Positions 47,415 to 58,161 are shown, counted from the stretch's first letter. The stretch is 64,000 nucleotides of DNA from an uncultured Pseudomonadota bacterium (GCA_963749075.1 CAVVLJ010000020.1:608001-672000); one strand, 5' to 3'. The notes: generated from the sequence alone by a model not told the origin. Program-made: numbers and translations.

Positions 47415-49040
47415 TCAGCCGCGTACCCGGGGCATGAGGATGAGGTCCCACGGGCTCGGCATGGCGCCGCAGGGCACGTGGACGAGCGCCGGCGCGTCGA
47501 GCGCGAGGGCCGCGCGCAAGGCGCTCTCGAGATCCTGCGGCTCTCGGGCGCGGAAGCCGGCGACGCCGAAGGCGTCAGCGAGCTTGAGGAAGTCGGGATT
47601 GACCAGATCACAGGCGATCGTCCGGTTGCCGTATTGCTCCTCCTGAATACGCCGCACGTTGCCGAAACCGGCGTTGTCGAACACCACCACGACGACCGCA
47701 AGCCGATGCTGCACCGCGGTCGCAAGCTCGCCCGCCTGATACATGAAGCCGCCGTCGCCGGCGATGGCCACGACCGGCGTCCCCGGCTTGGCCGCCTTGG
47801 CGCCGAGTGCCGCTCCGTAGCCCCAGCCGAGATTGTCCTGGTAGCCGGGCGAGAGGAAGGTGCGCGGCTTGAGCACCGGGAAGGCCAGGCGCGACACGAA
47901 GCCGACCTGCGTCACCTCGTCCACGAAGATGCCGTCCTCGGGAAGTGCGGCGCGGATGGCCTTGAGGAAGCCCAGCTGCGGCTCGAGGCGGGCAAGCCGC
48001 CCGGCGAGCCAGGCGCGCTGCGCCTGCAGCTCCTCCGTGCGCGCCGCGCGCCGGCGATTGTGCGCCGGCAGGCGGGCGAGGAGCGCCCGGGCGGCGTCCG
48101 CCGCCTCGCCCAAGAGGGCGGCGGCAGGCTTCAGGAAGCGCTCCGGCGCCTCGGGATCGCTGTCGATGCGCACGATCTTGAGGTCTTGATCCACCCCCCA
48201 CTGGCTCTGCTGCATGTAGAGCCGCGTGCCGATGGCGAGCACGGCGTCGCTCTCGGCCCACAGGCGATGGGCGATGGGGAGGGCCACGCTGAGCCGGTGC
48301 GTCGCGGGCAGCACGCCCTGGCCGCGGCGGTAGGCAACGACCGGCGCCTCGAGGAGCTCGGCGAGTGCGGCCACTTCCGGGCCGGCATCCTGAGCGCCGC
48401 CGCCCACGACGATGAGCGGGCGCTTGGCCGCACCCAGGATCCTGGCCGCGGACTCGGCGGCGTCCTCGTCGATCGGCGGCTGCTCTGCCGGCGCCGGCAT
48501 CTCCGGGAAGACGACGGCGCCCTTCTGCCCCGAGACGTCGATCGCGCATTCGAGCACCGCCGGCCCGGCGCGCCCGGCGGCCGTGCTGCGGAGCGCCTCG
48601 CTCACGCGGAGCGGCGCCTCGTGGGCGGCACGAATGCGCGCGACATGCTTGGCCAGGTGCCGGGCCAGGCCGCGCTGGTCGTGGATCTCGTGGAGGTGGC
48701 CGTGGCCGCGGTCGATGTCGGCCTGCGGGATCTGGCCGGCCAGCGCCACGACCGGCGCATTCATGCCGTAGGCGGTGAGCAGTGCCGCACCGGCATTGAG
48801 GAAGCCGGGGCCGGGCACCACCGCGAAGGCCTGCGGCTTGCCGGTAGCACACGCCGCACCGAGCGCCATATAGGCCGCGGCCTGCTCGTGGCGCGGGTGG
48901 ATGACGCGGAGGCGGGCTTGCGCGCCATGGAAGGCATCGAAGAGCGGATCGTTGTGCAGCCCCGGCAGGCCGTAGACCGTGTCGATGCCATGGCGCAGCA
49001 GGCTCTCGACCACGGCCTCGGCGGCGGTCATGGTGGGCAT
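47415..49040 (-). CDS. Thiamine pyrophosphate-dependent enzyme (acetolactate synthase-like)
   Basis: YGLPG, RHEQ, PGPG, GDGGF..N TPP motif. Confidence 0.88.
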   Translation of the reverse strand: MPTMTAAEAVVESLLRHGIDTVYGLPGLHNDPLFDAFHGAQARLRVIHPRHEQAAAYMALGAACATGKPQAFAVVPGPGFLNAGAALLTAYGMNAPVVALAGQIPQADIDRGHGHLHEIHDQRGLARHLAKHVARIRAAHEAPLRVSEALRSTAAGRAGPAVLECAIDVSGQKGAVVFPEMPAPAEQPPIDEDAAESAARILGAAKRPLIVVGGGAQDAGPEVAALAELLEAPVVAYRRGQGVLPATHRLSVALPIAHRLWAESDAVLAIGTRLYMQQSQWGVDQDLKIVRIDSDPEAPERFLKPAAALLGEAADAARALLARLPAHNRRRAARTEELQAQRAWLAGRLARLEPQLGFLKAIRAALPEDGIFVDEVTQVGFVSRLAFPVLKPRTFLSPGYQDNLGWGYGAALGAKAAKPGTPVVAIAGDGGFMYQAGELATAVQHRLAVVVVVFDNAGFGNVRRIQEEQYGNRTIACDLVNPDFLKLADAFGVAGFRAREPQDLESALRAALALDAPALVHVPCGAMPSPWDLILMPRVRG

Positions 49041-49054
49041 GGCCGGCGCTTCGC

Positions 49055-50845
49055 TCAGCGCACGTCCAAGGGCGGCATGAGGAGGCGGGCGTCGCCCGGC
49101 CGGGCGAGCGCCGGAAGCTCGGCGATGAGCGGGCGCAACGCCGTGACGCTCATGCCGAGCTCGTGGGCGAGGGAGCCGGCGATGCGCGCCTGAGTGAGCT
49201 CGTCATAATTGAAGAGCCGCTCCAAGAGCTCGCGCAGCTCGTGCCCGCGCTGCGGATAGCTCCTCAAGCTCACGGTTTCCTCGGGCTTGATGCCGGCCGC
49301 CTCGCGGGCGAGCTCGAGCGCCTTCTCGAAGCCGCCGAGGGCGTCGACCAGGCCGATCTTCTGCGCCTGCTCGCCGGTGAAGACGCGCCCCTTGGCGATT
49401 TCCGGGATGCGCCTCGGCTCGAGGCCGCGCCCGGCCACCACCTTGGTGGTGAAGTCCTTGTAGATGGCGTCGAGGGAGGCCTCGAAGCGATCCCAGGCCG
49501 CGGCCGAGAAGTCCTGATCGACGCTCCAGTCCGCGGCATCGGCGCCGATCTTCAGCGTGTCGATGCTGATGCCGAGCTTGTCGAGCAGCCCCTTGACCAC
49601 GAGCTTGCCGCCGAAGACGCCGATCGAGCCGGTGAGGGTGCCCGGCTCGGCCACGATCTTGGTGGCGGGTGCGGCGATGAAATAGCCGCCCGAGGCCGCC
49701 GTGTCCCCCATCGAGACGACGACCGGCTTGCCGGCCGCCTTGGCGCGGGCGACCGCCCGCCAGATGGTGTCGGATGCCACATAGGAGCCGCCGGGGCTGT
49801 CGACGCGCAGCAGGATGGCCGCCACGTCGTGCGCGCGCGCCGCCTCGTCGAGCTCGGCCGCGAGCGTGTCGGCGCCGATCTTGCTCGTGCCGAAGGCGTC
49901 GTCCAAGCCGCTCGATCCTCCGACGATCGGGCCGCTCGCGTTGATGACCGCAATGATGCGGCCGCTCTCCTTGCCGCTGTGCGTGGCGCGGAAATATTCC
50001 GGGAGCCGCACCACCCTGGCGCCCGACCCCGCGCGCCGCTTCGCCTCGTCGCGCGCATCGTCGTGGTAGCCGAGGCGGTCGACGAGCTTCGCCGCCATGG
50101 CGTCCGGGGCAAGGAACGGTCCGCGGTCGATGAGCGCCTTGACCGCGTCCGGGCTGAGGCCGCGACCCTCCGCGACCATGGCGACGAGCTGGCCATAGAG
50201 CGAGCCGAGGATGCTTCCGAGCGACTCCCTGAAGGCCGCATCGTAGGCGGTCTCGGTCAACTGATCGATGGCGGTCTTGTACTCCTCGCGCTTGTCGAAG
50301 CGCGGCAGGATGCCGAGCTTGTCGAGCGAGCCGCGGAAGAAGGGGGTCTGGGCCACGACGCCGACGAGGTTCACCTCGCCCGAGGGCTGCAGCCAGACCT
50401 CGTCGCACGCCGCCGCGACGGGATAGCCGCCGCTGCCGCCGCCGGCCGAGCCGTAGCTCTCGGCGAAGGCGATGACGAACTTGCCGCTTTTGCGGAAGGC
50501 GGCGATGGCATCGCGCAGCTCGTCGCTCGTGGCGGCGCCGAGCGAGGCGCCGAAGCGGACCAGGAGACCCTTGACGCGGGCATCGCCGCTCGCCTGCTTG
50601 AGCGCCGCCTCGACCTCGCGTAAGGTCGGGCGCTCGGGCGAGAGGAGGCCTGCAAGGTTTCCCGCGGAACCGGCATCGGCGAGCGGGCTTGAGAGATCGA
50701 GCTCGAGCGCCGTGACGCCCGGTACCGTGCGTCCGGAGGGCGAGACGAGGCTCATGCCGACCCACATCGCGAGCGCCGCGATGCCAAGCGTCATGAGCCC
50801 GACGAGCGCGAGAAAGCCGACGACGATTCGTTTGAGCCAGCGCAT
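49055..50845 (-). CDS. sppA: Signal peptide peptidase SppA (long, 67K type)
   Basis: N-terminal TM, EYK, RVDSPGG, AASGGY, TGSIGV, GRVFTG. Confidence 0.9.
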   Translation of the reverse strand: MRWLKRIVVGFLALVGLMTLGIAALAMWVGMSLVSPSGRTVPGVTALELDLSSPLADAGSAGNLAGLLSPERPTLREVEAALKQASGDARVKGLLVRFGASLGAATSDELRDAIAAFRKSGKFVIAFAESYGSAGGGSGGYPVAAACDEVWLQPSGEVNLVGVVAQTPFFRGSLDKLGILPRFDKREEYKTAIDQLTETAYDAAFRESLGSILGSLYGQLVAMVAEGRGLSPDAVKALIDRGPFLAPDAMAAKLVDRLGYHDDARDEAKRRAGSGARVVRLPEYFRATHSGKESGRIIAVINASGPIVGGSSGLDDAFGTSKIGADTLAAELDEAARAHDVAAILLRVDSPGGSYVASDTIWRAVARAKAAGKPVVVSMGDTAASGGYFIAAPATKIVAEPGTLTGSIGVFGGKLVVKGLLDKLGISIDTLKIGADAADWSVDQDFSAAAWDRFEASLDAIYKDFTTKVVAGRGLEPRRIPEIAKGRVFTGEQAQKIGLVDALGGFEKALELAREAAGIKPEETVSLRSYPQRGHELRELLERLFNYDELTQARIAGSLAHELGMSVTALRPLIAELPALARPGDARLLMPPLDVR

Positions 50846-50895
50846 CAGAACTCCTCCTCCGCGGCCGCGGGACCGCTCCTAGCGCCGTTCCCGGC

Positions 50896-51969
50896 TCAGC
50901 CGCCGCATTGCGCGCGGTGGCGCAGCAGGTGGTCGGCGAGCACGATCGCCATCATCGCCTCGCCGACCGGCACGGCGCGGATGCCGACGCAGGGATCGTG
51001 GCGGCCCTTGGTGACGACTTCCACCTCCTCGCCGCGCACGGTGACGCCGCGTTGCGGGATGAGGAGCGAGCTCGTCGGCTTGACGGCAAAGCGCACCACG
51101 ACGTCCTGGCCGGTCGAGATGCCGCCGAGCGTGCCGCCCGCGCGGTTGGTGAGGAAATGCGGCTTGCCGCCGACCATCCGCATCTCGTCGTGCGCCGCCT
51201 CGCCCGGCACGGCGGCACCCGCGAAACCGTCGCCGATCTCCACCGCCTTGACCGCGTTGATGCTCATCATGGCCTTGGCGAGATCGGCGTCGAGCTTGTC
51301 GTAGACCGGCTCGCCGAGCCCGGCCGGGACGCCCGAGGCGACGATCTCGACGACGGCGCCCACCGACGAGCCGCGCTTGCGCACGGCGTCGAGCTCGCCC
51401 TCCCAGGCGCTGGCCGCCTCGGCGTCGGGGCAGAAGAAGGGGTTCTCCTCGACCGCCGCCCAGCTCCAGCGGCCGCGCTCGATCCCGTGCGGGCCCATCT
51501 GCACCATGGCGCCGCGGATGACGACGCCTGGCCCCAGCACCTTGCGCGCGACCGCGCCGGCGGCGACCCGGCAGGCGGTCTCCCGGGCCGACGCGCGCCC
51601 GCCGCCGCGGTAGTCGCGGATGCCGTATTTGGCCTGATAGCTGAAGTCGGCGTGGCCGGGGCGGTAGAGCTCCTTGATCTCGCTGTAGTCCTTGGAGCGC
51701 TGGTCGACGTTCTCGATGAGGAGCGAGATCGGCGTGCCGGTGGTCTCGCCCTCGAAGGTGCCGGAGAGGATGCGCACCTGGTCCGGCTCGCGGCGCTGGC
51801 TCGTGAAGCGCGACTGGCCGGGGCGGCGCTTGTCGAGCCAGCGCTGGATGTCGGGCTCGGCGAGGGCGATGCGCGGCGGGGCGCCGTCGACGACGCAGCC
51901 GATGGCGGGGCCGTGGCTCTCGCCCCAGCTCGTGTAGCGGAACGCGTGGCCGAAGCTGTTGCCCGGCAT
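50896..51969 (-). CDS. aroC: Chorismate synthase
   Basis: [39 protein letters not shown]. Confidence 0.97.
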   Translation of the reverse strand: MPGNSFGHAFRYTSWGESHGPAIGCVVDGAPPRIALAEPDIQRWLDKRRPGQSRFTSQRREPDQVRILSGTFEGETTGTPISLLIENVDQRSKDYSEIKELYRPGHADFSYQAKYGIRDYRGGGRASARETACRVAAGAVARKVLGPGVVIRGAMVQMGPHGIERGRWSWAAVEENPFFCPDAEAASAWEGELDAVRKRGSSVGAVVEIVASGVPAGLGEPVYDKLDADLAKAMMSINAVKAVEIGDGFAGAAVPGEAAHDEMRMVGGKPHFLTNRAGGTLGGISTGQDVVVRFAVKPTSSLLIPQRGVTVRGEEVEVVTKGRHDPCVGIRAVPVGEAMMAIVLADHLLRHRAQCGG

Positions 51970-51971
51970 GG

Positions 51972-52814
51972 TCAGGAATTGGTCTTGAAGGTGTCGAGCA
52001 TGCCCTTCACCTCGGCCACCGCGTCGACCGCCAGCATGCCCACCACGTGGTAGCCGCAGTCGACGTGATGGACCTCGCCCGTGACACCGCTGCCGAGCTC
52101 GCTCAGGAGATAGAGCGCAGAGGCGCCCACCTGATCGATGGTTATGTTGTGCTTGAGCGGTGCGTTGTACTCGTTCCACTTGAGGATGTAGCGGAAATCG
52201 CCGATGGCCGAGGAGGCGAGCGTCTTGACCGGGCCTGCCGAGATGGCATTGACGCGGACCTGGCGGCCGCCGAGATCGACCGCGAGGTAGCGCACGCTCG
52301 CCTCGAGCGCCGCCTTGGCCACGCCCATCACGTTATAGTGGGGCATCACCTTCTCGGCGCCGTAATAGGTGAGGGTCAGGAGGCTGCCGCCGTGCGGCAT
52401 CAGGGGGGCGGCGCGGCGCGCGAGCTCGGTGAAGGAGTAGCAGGAGATCACCATGGTCTGGACGAAGTTCTCCCGGCTGGTGTCGACGTACTTGCCGGTG
52501 AGCTCAATGCGGTCCGAGAAGGCGATGGCGTGCACGACGAAGTCGATGGTGCCCCACGCCTCCGCCATGGCGGCGAACACGGCATCCAGGCTCGCCGCGT
52601 CCGTCACGTCGCAGGGCAGCACGAGGGGTGCGCCGACGGACTCCGCGAGCGGGCGCACGCGCCGCTCGAGCTGCGGGATCTGGTAGGTGATGGCGAGCTT
52701 GGCGCCGTGCGCGGCGAGCGTCTTGGCGATGCCCCATGCCAGCGAGCGGTCGTTCGCCACGCCGAGGATGAGGCCGCACTTCCCGGCCATGAGCGCGCTT
52801 GCTTCGGTCATCAT
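51972..52814 (-). CDS. fabI: Enoyl-ACP reductase
   Basis: [42 protein letters not shown]. Confidence 0.96.
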   Translation of the reverse strand: MMTEASALMAGKCGLILGVANDRSLAWGIAKTLAAHGAKLAITYQIPQLERRVRPLAESVGAPLVLPCDVTDAASLDAVFAAMAEAWGTIDFVVHAIAFSDRIELTGKYVDTSRENFVQTMVISCYSFTELARRAAPLMPHGGSLLTLTYYGAEKVMPHYNVMGVAKAALEASVRYLAVDLGGRQVRVNAISAGPVKTLASSAIGDFRYILKWNEYNAPLKHNITIDQVGASALYLLSELGSGVTGEVHHVDCGYHVVGMLAVDAVAEVKGMLDTFKTNS

Positions 52815-52954
52815 CGCCTCTTCCGGTTCTCTCTGGCACGGCGCTCCGGGCCGGCGGCATCCTACACAAAAGGCGGAAACCGGCAAAGCCGCCTCCGCCG
52901 CGGCCGCTCGAGGGGAAGATGGAGCGACGGCGCTGCGCCGGGCCCGCGCGTTGC

Positions 52955-53377
52955 TTAACGCCGGCCGACGATGGTCCAGGAGCCGTCGCCGAGGCGGCAT
53001 GCCGTGGCGCGGCTCTCCGCGGTGTCGCCGCCGACCGTGACGGTGGCGCGGAAGTCGCGGCAGAACCGGCCGGAGACGCTGCGATAGGTTGTGACGGGCG
53101 TGACGCTCCCGGAATGTCCGCTCTCCGGGTTCGTCCAGCTCGCAGTCTCGCCCGAAGGCACGCCCTCGAGCGCCTGCTGGGTGGTCCGCTGCCGGTAGGC
53201 CTCGTCCTCGGCATCCAGCGCGCGCTCGGCCTCGCCTGCGGCGCCGCGGGCAGCGCCAGCAGAGAGCGCATCCGCCGCCGGCTGGCCAGCCTCGCCCGGC
53301 ACCCCGCTCCCTCCGCCCGCGCATCCTGAAAGCGCCAGGAGGACGACGGCCGCTCCCGCTCTCGCGACGAGCCTCAT
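52955..53377 (-). CDS. RT0821/17-kDa-antigen-like lipoprotein
   Basis: Lipobox LSGC, W.NPESG.SG, CRDF, ACR..DGSW. Confidence 0.8.
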   Translation of the reverse strand: MRLVARAGAAVVLLALSGCAGGGSGVPGEAGQPAADALSAGAARGAAGEAERALDAEDEAYRQRTTQQALEGVPSGETASWTNPESGHSGSVTPVTTYRSVSGRFCRDFRATVTVGGDTAESRATACRLGDGSWTIVGRR

Positions 53378-53454
53378 GAGCGTCGGCGGCAATGCCCTCC
53401 CTCGGATCGCCTGCGGGAGCGGCGGCGCGCAGGTGCGGCGCCGCTCCCGCGCGA

Positions 53455-53976
53455 TCAGCCCTGAGGCGGCGGTGGCGGTGGCGGTGGCGGCGACCCTCCC
53501 GGCGGCGACCCTCCCGGCGGCGGCGGCGGCGGCGGTGCCGCCCCCGGTGCCGCCTGGAAGCCGGGCACTTGGTTCCCCTTGGAATACATGCACTGCGCGT
53601 AGGCGTTGTCGTAGCGCTGCTGCACGGTCATCTGCACGGCGCCGCCTGAGCTCGCGCCATAGGCGGTTCCGGCAACGGCGCCGGAGGCAGCACCTATGGC
53701 GGCACCGCGGCCGCCGCCGACCGCGGCACCCAGCCCGGCGCCGAGGAGGGTGCCGATGACGGCGCTGCCCAGCACCTGGTTCGACCCGGCGTTCTCCTGC
53801 CCGGCCACTTGCGACTGGGCGTACTGCCGGCACACGGCCTGATCCTGCTCGAACGACTCGAACGGCTTGTTCGGCGCCGGCATCACCTGCACGCTCGGCG
53901 ACAGCGGCTGCGGGCCGCATCCGCCGATCAGCACGACCGCCGCCAGCCCGGCTATCGTTGCTGCTAGGCGCTTCAT
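53455..53976 (-). CDS. Glycine-zipper lipoprotein with poly-Pro tail
   Basis: IGGC lipobox, CRQYA, GxxxG zipper, YDNAYAQCMYSKGNQVP. Confidence 0.8.
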   Translation of the reverse strand: MKRLAATIAGLAAVVLIGGCGPQPLSPSVQVMPAPNKPFESFEQDQAVCRQYAQSQVAGQENAGSNQVLGSAVIGTLLGAGLGAAVGGGRGAAIGAASGAVAGTAYGASSGGAVQMTVQQRYDNAYAQCMYSKGNQVPGFQAAPGAAPPPPPPPGGSPPGGSPPPPPPPPPQG

Positions 53977-53987
53977 GGCTGTTCTCC

Positions 53988-54497
53988 TCACTGTGGTGCA
54001 CCCTGCGGCGTCGCCGGAACCTGACGCCATTGGGTCGGACATGAGCTCACATAAGGATAATATCCCGCGGGATTGTCGCAATAGTACCAGGACTGCGCCG
54101 GTGGCGGGCCGCTTGCCGGCGGCGCCGGCTGCACCGCCACTGCCGGCGGCACGTAGGGGTCCGGATAGGGGTAGACCGGCGACCCGTAGAAGTACCAATA
54201 AGGCCCGACCACCCACCACCAGCCGAGGCGGCCGTCGTGAAAGGCGTGGTTCCAGCCCCCGCCCCGCCAGACGCCCCAGTCATGCTCCGTGAAATGCCGG
54301 GGGTCGCGGTCGCGGAAGCCGCCGCGCTCGTCATGGCCGCGGTTCGGTTCGCCACGCGGCGCCTCCCCACCTCGCGGCGCTCCGCCGGGCGCGGGGACGC
54401 CACCCGGCGGCGGCACTTGCGCGAACGCGGGTGCCGCGAATGCCGCGGCGCCTGCGGCAAGCAGGAGCGCGGACAACAATTGGCCTAGGGTCTTCAT
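53988..54497 (-). CDS. Secreted Pro/Trp/Tyr-rich protein
   Basis: Signal peptide ending AFA, GWWWVVGPYWYFY, C-terminal WYYCDNPAGYYPYVSSCPTQWRQVP. Confidence 0.78.
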   Translation of the reverse strand: MKTLGQLLSALLLAAGAAAFAAPAFAQVPPPGGVPAPGGAPRGGEAPRGEPNRGHDERGGFRDRDPRHFTEHDWGVWRGGGWNHAFHDGRLGWWWVVGPYWYFYGSPVYPYPDPYVPPAVAVQPAPPASGPPPAQSWYYCDNPAGYYPYVSSCPTQWRQVPATPQGAPQ

Positions 54498-54605
54498 GAT
54501 CGAGTTTCCTCCACCAGGGGGTGATCGCGGCCGTTCATCCGCCGCGGCATGCATGCCGCCTATTGCGCTGACGCAAGGCGAAGAGCAGGAGAAGCCAATC
54601 CGAGG

Positions 54606-54634
54606 AAACTAGGGTTCATACTAACCTTTGTCAA
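54606..54634 (-). promoter_or_regulatory. Sigma70 promoter of the secreted-protein/lipoprotein operon
   Basis: Minus strand TTGACA-N17-TAGTTT. Confidence 0.6.
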
Positions 54635-54959
54635 TTTCTCCGGGATTGGCGCAAGGCCTCGTGGCCAAAGTGGCGCCGCTGTGGGGATCGGCGCATTTGC
54701 CCGGCTTTCTTGTTTGCTTTGCGTCCGTAATTGCCGTCGCACCCGATCGTGCAGTCAATCGAACTCAGTGGCAAGCAACTCCGTGGCAACCGACCCTCTC
54801 GGCATTTGCGTGGGTCACCGGCAATTACGCCCGAGCAACCCCTGAACCTGCGCGATCTTTTCCCGAGGGGCGGCACGCGGGAGCTTTTTTGCCGTGCCTC
54901 AAGCGCCCAAGCGTTTTATATCACTGTCCCGAAGATGGCGGAGGCTTGCTGAACCCGCG

Positions 54960-55550
54960 ATGAACGAAGATGCCGGCGCAGATCCCATGGCGCTCTTCCG
55001 CAGCTGGTTCGAGGAGGCGGAGGCGAGCGAGCCGGCGGAGGCCAATGCCGTGGCGCTCGCGACGGCGGACGCGGCCGGCGCGCCCTCGCTGCGCATGGTG
55101 CTGCTCAAGGACGCCGACGAGCGAGGCTTCGTGTTTTATACCAACAGCGAGAGCCGCAAGGGCCGCGAGCTCGCGGAGAATCCGCGCGCGGCGCTGTGCT
55201 TCCATTGGAAGTCGCTGCGCCGCCAGGTGCGCATCGAGGGCCCGGTGGCGCTCGTCTCCGAGAGCGAGGCCAACGCCTATTTCGCGACGCGCCACCGTCA
55301 GAGTCAGATCGGCGCCTGGGCATCCCAGCAGTCGCGTCCGCTCGCCGGCTTCCTCGAGCTCGAGCGGCGCGTGGCGCAGTACGCCGCCCGCTTCGGCCTC
55401 GGCACGGTGCCGCGACCGCCCTATTGGACAGGCTACCGCTTGCAGCCCGAACGCATCGAGTTCTGGCGCGACCGCCCGTTTCGCTTGCACGAGCGCATCG
55501 TGTATCATCGCAGCGAAGGCGGCTGGCGCACGGAGCGCCTTTATCCCTGA
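54960..55550 (+). CDS. pdxH: Pyridoxamine 5'-phosphate oxidase
   Basis: [46 protein letters not shown]. Confidence 0.96.
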   Translation: MNEDAGADPMALFRSWFEEAEASEPAEANAVALATADAAGAPSLRMVLLKDADERGFVFYTNSESRKGRELAENPRAALCFHWKSLRRQVRIEGPVALVSESEANAYFATRHRQSQIGAWASQQSRPLAGFLELERRVAQYAARFGLGTVPRPPYWTGYRLQPERIEFWRDRPFRLHERIVYHRSEGGWRTERLYP

Positions 55551-55589
55551 GCGTCCCGGCCTCGGGCTCGACGCCGCCGCGAGGGAGAA

Positions 55590-56507
55590 ATGACGGAGCG
55601 CGGCACCGTGAGCGGACGCAGCGCGCGGCTGATGACCGCGGCCACCTACGCCTCCGTCACCGCGGCCGGCGTCCTCATCCTCGTCAAGATCGGCGCCTAT
55701 CTGGTGACCAACTCGGTGGCCCTGCTCTCAACCCTCATCGATTCGCTGCTCGATGCCGCGGCCTCGACCGTCAACCTCTTCGCCGTGCGCCAGGCGCTGG
55801 TGCCCGCCGACCAGGAGCACCGCTTCGGCCACGGCAAGGCGGAGGCGCTCGCCGGCCTCGCCCAATCGGCCTTCATCGCGGGCTCCACCCTCTTCCTCAT
55901 CTTCCAAGCCGGCCGCCGCCTCATCGAACCGCAGCCGGTGCGCAACGGCGTCGTCGGGATCGCCGTCATGGCGTTCTCGCTCGTGGTGACGCTTGGCCTC
56001 GTGGCCTACCAGCGCCACGTCGTGCGCGTCACGGGCTCGCTCGCCATCAAGGCCAACGCGCTCCACTACCTCGGCGACCTCATGGTCAACGGCAGCGTGA
56101 TCCTGTCGCTCGCCCTCGGCATGGAGTTCGGCTGGCATCTCCTCGACCCGCTCTTCGCCATCGCGATCGCCCTCTATATCGTGACGAGCGCCTGGTTCAT
56201 CGCCCGCCAGTCCCTCGACCAGCTCATGGACCGCGAGCTGCCCGACGAAGCGCGCCGACGCATCAGGGAGATCGTCCTCTCCCATCCCGGCGTGGTGACG
56301 CTCCACGATCTGCGCACGCGCGCTTCCGGGCCGATGCAGTTCATCCAGCTCCACCTCGAGATGGACCCCGCCATCACGCTGCTGCGCGCCCACGAGATCG
56401 CCGATGCCGTCGAGGCGCAGCTGTGCGACGCCTTTCCCGGCTCGGAGGTGCTCATCCACGAAGATCCGGCCGGGCTCGCCGAGCCGCGGCCGAATTATGT
56501 GCGCTGA
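55590..56507 (+). CDS. fieF: Cation diffusion facilitator (FieF/YiiP-like)
   Basis: DSLLD, HRFGHGKAE, HY..D, HDLRTR, IHEDP. Confidence 0.88.
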   Translation: MTERGTVSGRSARLMTAATYASVTAAGVLILVKIGAYLVTNSVALLSTLIDSLLDAAASTVNLFAVRQALVPADQEHRFGHGKAEALAGLAQSAFIAGSTLFLIFQAGRRLIEPQPVRNGVVGIAVMAFSLVVTLGLVAYQRHVVRVTGSLAIKANALHYLGDLMVNGSVILSLALGMEFGWHLLDPLFAIAIALYIVTSAWFIARQSLDQLMDRELPDEARRRIREIVLSHPGVVTLHDLRTRASGPMQFIQLHLEMDPAITLLRAHEIADAVEAQLCDAFPGSEVLIHEDPAGLAEPRPNYVR

Positions 56508-58098
56508 GCCGCGCGCGAGCCATGTGGTCGAGGACCAGAGCGAGGCGATCGCCTTTCTCGCGGCACCTGAGAGCCACGGCGGGGCTGCGGTCGAGCGCAT
56601 CGACACCCACGGCGCCGTGGTCGTGCTCGCCGGCGCGCGGGCCTATAAGCTCAAGCGCGCGGTCAAGTTCCCCTATATGGACTATTCCACGCTGGCGTTG
56701 CGCCGCCGGGCCTGCGAAGCCGAGCTGGCGCTCAACCGGCGCACGGCGCCGGAGCTCTATCTCGCGGCACTCCCCATCACGCGCGCCCCGGACGGCGGCC
56801 TAGCGCTCGGCGGCGGCGGCCCGGCCGTCGATTGGGTCGTCGTCATGCGCCGCTTCGCGGAGGGTGCGCTCTTCGAGCGCATGGCCGAACGGGGCGCCCT
56901 CGCGGCACCGCTCATGACCGCGCTCGCCGACGCGGTGCTGGCGCTCCACAGGGCAGCCGAAGTGCGCCCCGAGCACGGCGGAAGTGCCGGCATCGCGCGC
57001 GTGATCCGCGGCAACGACCGCGGACTCGCCGAGGCTCGGGAAGCGGGCATCGATGCGCGCGAGGTGCTGCACCTCGGCCAGGCGAGCGAGGCAGCGCTGC
57101 AGCGCCTGGCACCGCTCCTCGAGGCGCGGCGCCTCTCCGGCCTCGTGCGCCACTGCCACGGCGATCTCCATCTGCGCAACATCTGCCTGTGGGGCGGCCG
57201 GCCGACGCTCTTCGACGCCATCGAGTTCAACGACGAGATATCTTGCGTCGACGTGCTCTACGACCTGGCCTTCCTCCTCATGGACCTCGACAAGCGCGGG
57301 CTCGGGCCGCTCGGCAACCGCGTCTTCAACCGCTATCTCTCCGAGGGCGCCCGCGACGCCGCACTCGGTGATCTCGGCGGATTGGCGGCGCTGCCGCTTT
57401 TTCTCTCCTGCCGCGCCGCGGTGCGCGCGCAAGTGGGTGCCGCGGCGGCGGCGGCCCAGCGCGATGCGCAAGCTGAGCGCCGCGCGGTCGCGGAGGCCGG
57501 CAGCTATCTCCGCCTGGCGCTCGGCTACCTGGCGCCGCCGCCCGCCGTGCTCGTGGCGGTGGGCGGTCTCTCGGGCAGCGGCAAGTCGACCCTCGCCGAG
57601 GCGCTCGCACCCTCCCTCGGTGCGGTGCCGGGCGCGCTGGTGCTGCGCAGCGACGTGATCCGCAAGCATCTCCTCGGATGCGATCCGCTCGCCCGCCTCG
57701 GTCCCGAGGGCTACACGCCCGAGATGACCGCGCGCGTCTATGCCGCCATGCGGAGCCGCGCGCGCACGGCCCTCGCGGCCGGACACGCGGTGATCGCCGA
57801 CGCCGTGCATGCGCGGCCAAGCGAGCGCGCGGCGCTCGAGGCCGTGGCGCGCGAGGCGGGCGCCCGGTTCCGCGGATTGTGGCTCGAGGCGCCGTCCCGC
57901 GTGCTGGGGTGCCGCGTCGAGCGGCGCGAGGGCGACGCCTCCGATGCCTCCGATGCCACGGCCGCCGTGCTGCACGCGCAGCTCGCCCTCGAGCTGGGCG
58001 CGCTCGGCTGGCACAAGCTCGACGCCGCCGGCCCGCCCGCAGAGACGCTGGCCGCAGCCCGTACCGTTCTCGGGCTATCGGCCGATGGCCGCCATTGA
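56497..58098 (+). CDS. Aminoglycoside-phosphotransferase-like + AAA_33 kinase fusion (Rv2004c-like)
   Basis: DTH..AYKLK, CHGDLHLRNI, FDAIEFN, D..YDLAFL.MD, GLSGSGKS Walker A; start uncertain. Confidence 0.88.
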   Translation: MCAEPRASHVVEDQSEAIAFLAAPESHGGAAVERIDTHGAVVVLAGARAYKLKRAVKFPYMDYSTLALRRRACEAELALNRRTAPELYLAALPITRAPDGGLALGGGGPAVDWVVVMRRFAEGALFERMAERGALAAPLMTALADAVLALHRAAEVRPEHGGSAGIARVIRGNDRGLAEAREAGIDAREVLHLGQASEAALQRLAPLLEARRLSGLVRHCHGDLHLRNICLWGGRPTLFDAIEFNDEISCVDVLYDLAFLLMDLDKRGLGPLGNRVFNRYLSEGARDAALGDLGGLAALPLFLSCRAAVRAQVGAAAAAAQRDAQAERRAVAEAGSYLRLALGYLAPPPAVLVAVGGLSGSGKSTLAEALAPSLGAVPGALVLRSDVIRKHLLGCDPLARLGPEGYTPEMTARVYAAMRSRARTALAAGHAVIADAVHARPSERAALEAVAREAGARFRGLWLEAPSRVLGCRVERREGDASDASDATAAVLHAQLALELGALGWHKLDAAGPPAETLAAARTVLGLSADGRH

Positions 58099-58108
58099 TA
58101 TAGATCAC
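58095..58108. promoter_or_regulatory. FNR/FixK-type box upstream of USP gene 1
   Basis: TTGAT-ATAG-ATCAC, one mismatch to TTGAT-N4-ATCAA. Confidence 0.65.
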
Positions 58109-58161
58109 GGCGCGCGCCGGCTCGCGCAGCTAGGGATTTCGCAGATTTTCCGCTGGAGGAG

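Noticed and set aside
53455-53540. GGCGGC/GGTGGC-rich repeats
   Set aside because: They simply encode the poly-Pro tail of the glycine-zipper lipoprotein
54640-54705. Possible c-di-GMP-I riboswitch (GCAAGGCC resemblance)
   Set aside because: Lacks the GNRA tetraloop/receptor architecture; kept only as part of a generic structured-RNA candidate
57934-57957. 9-bp in-frame duplication (DASDASDA) in the kinase gene
   Set aside because: Small in-frame slippage with no evident functional consequence
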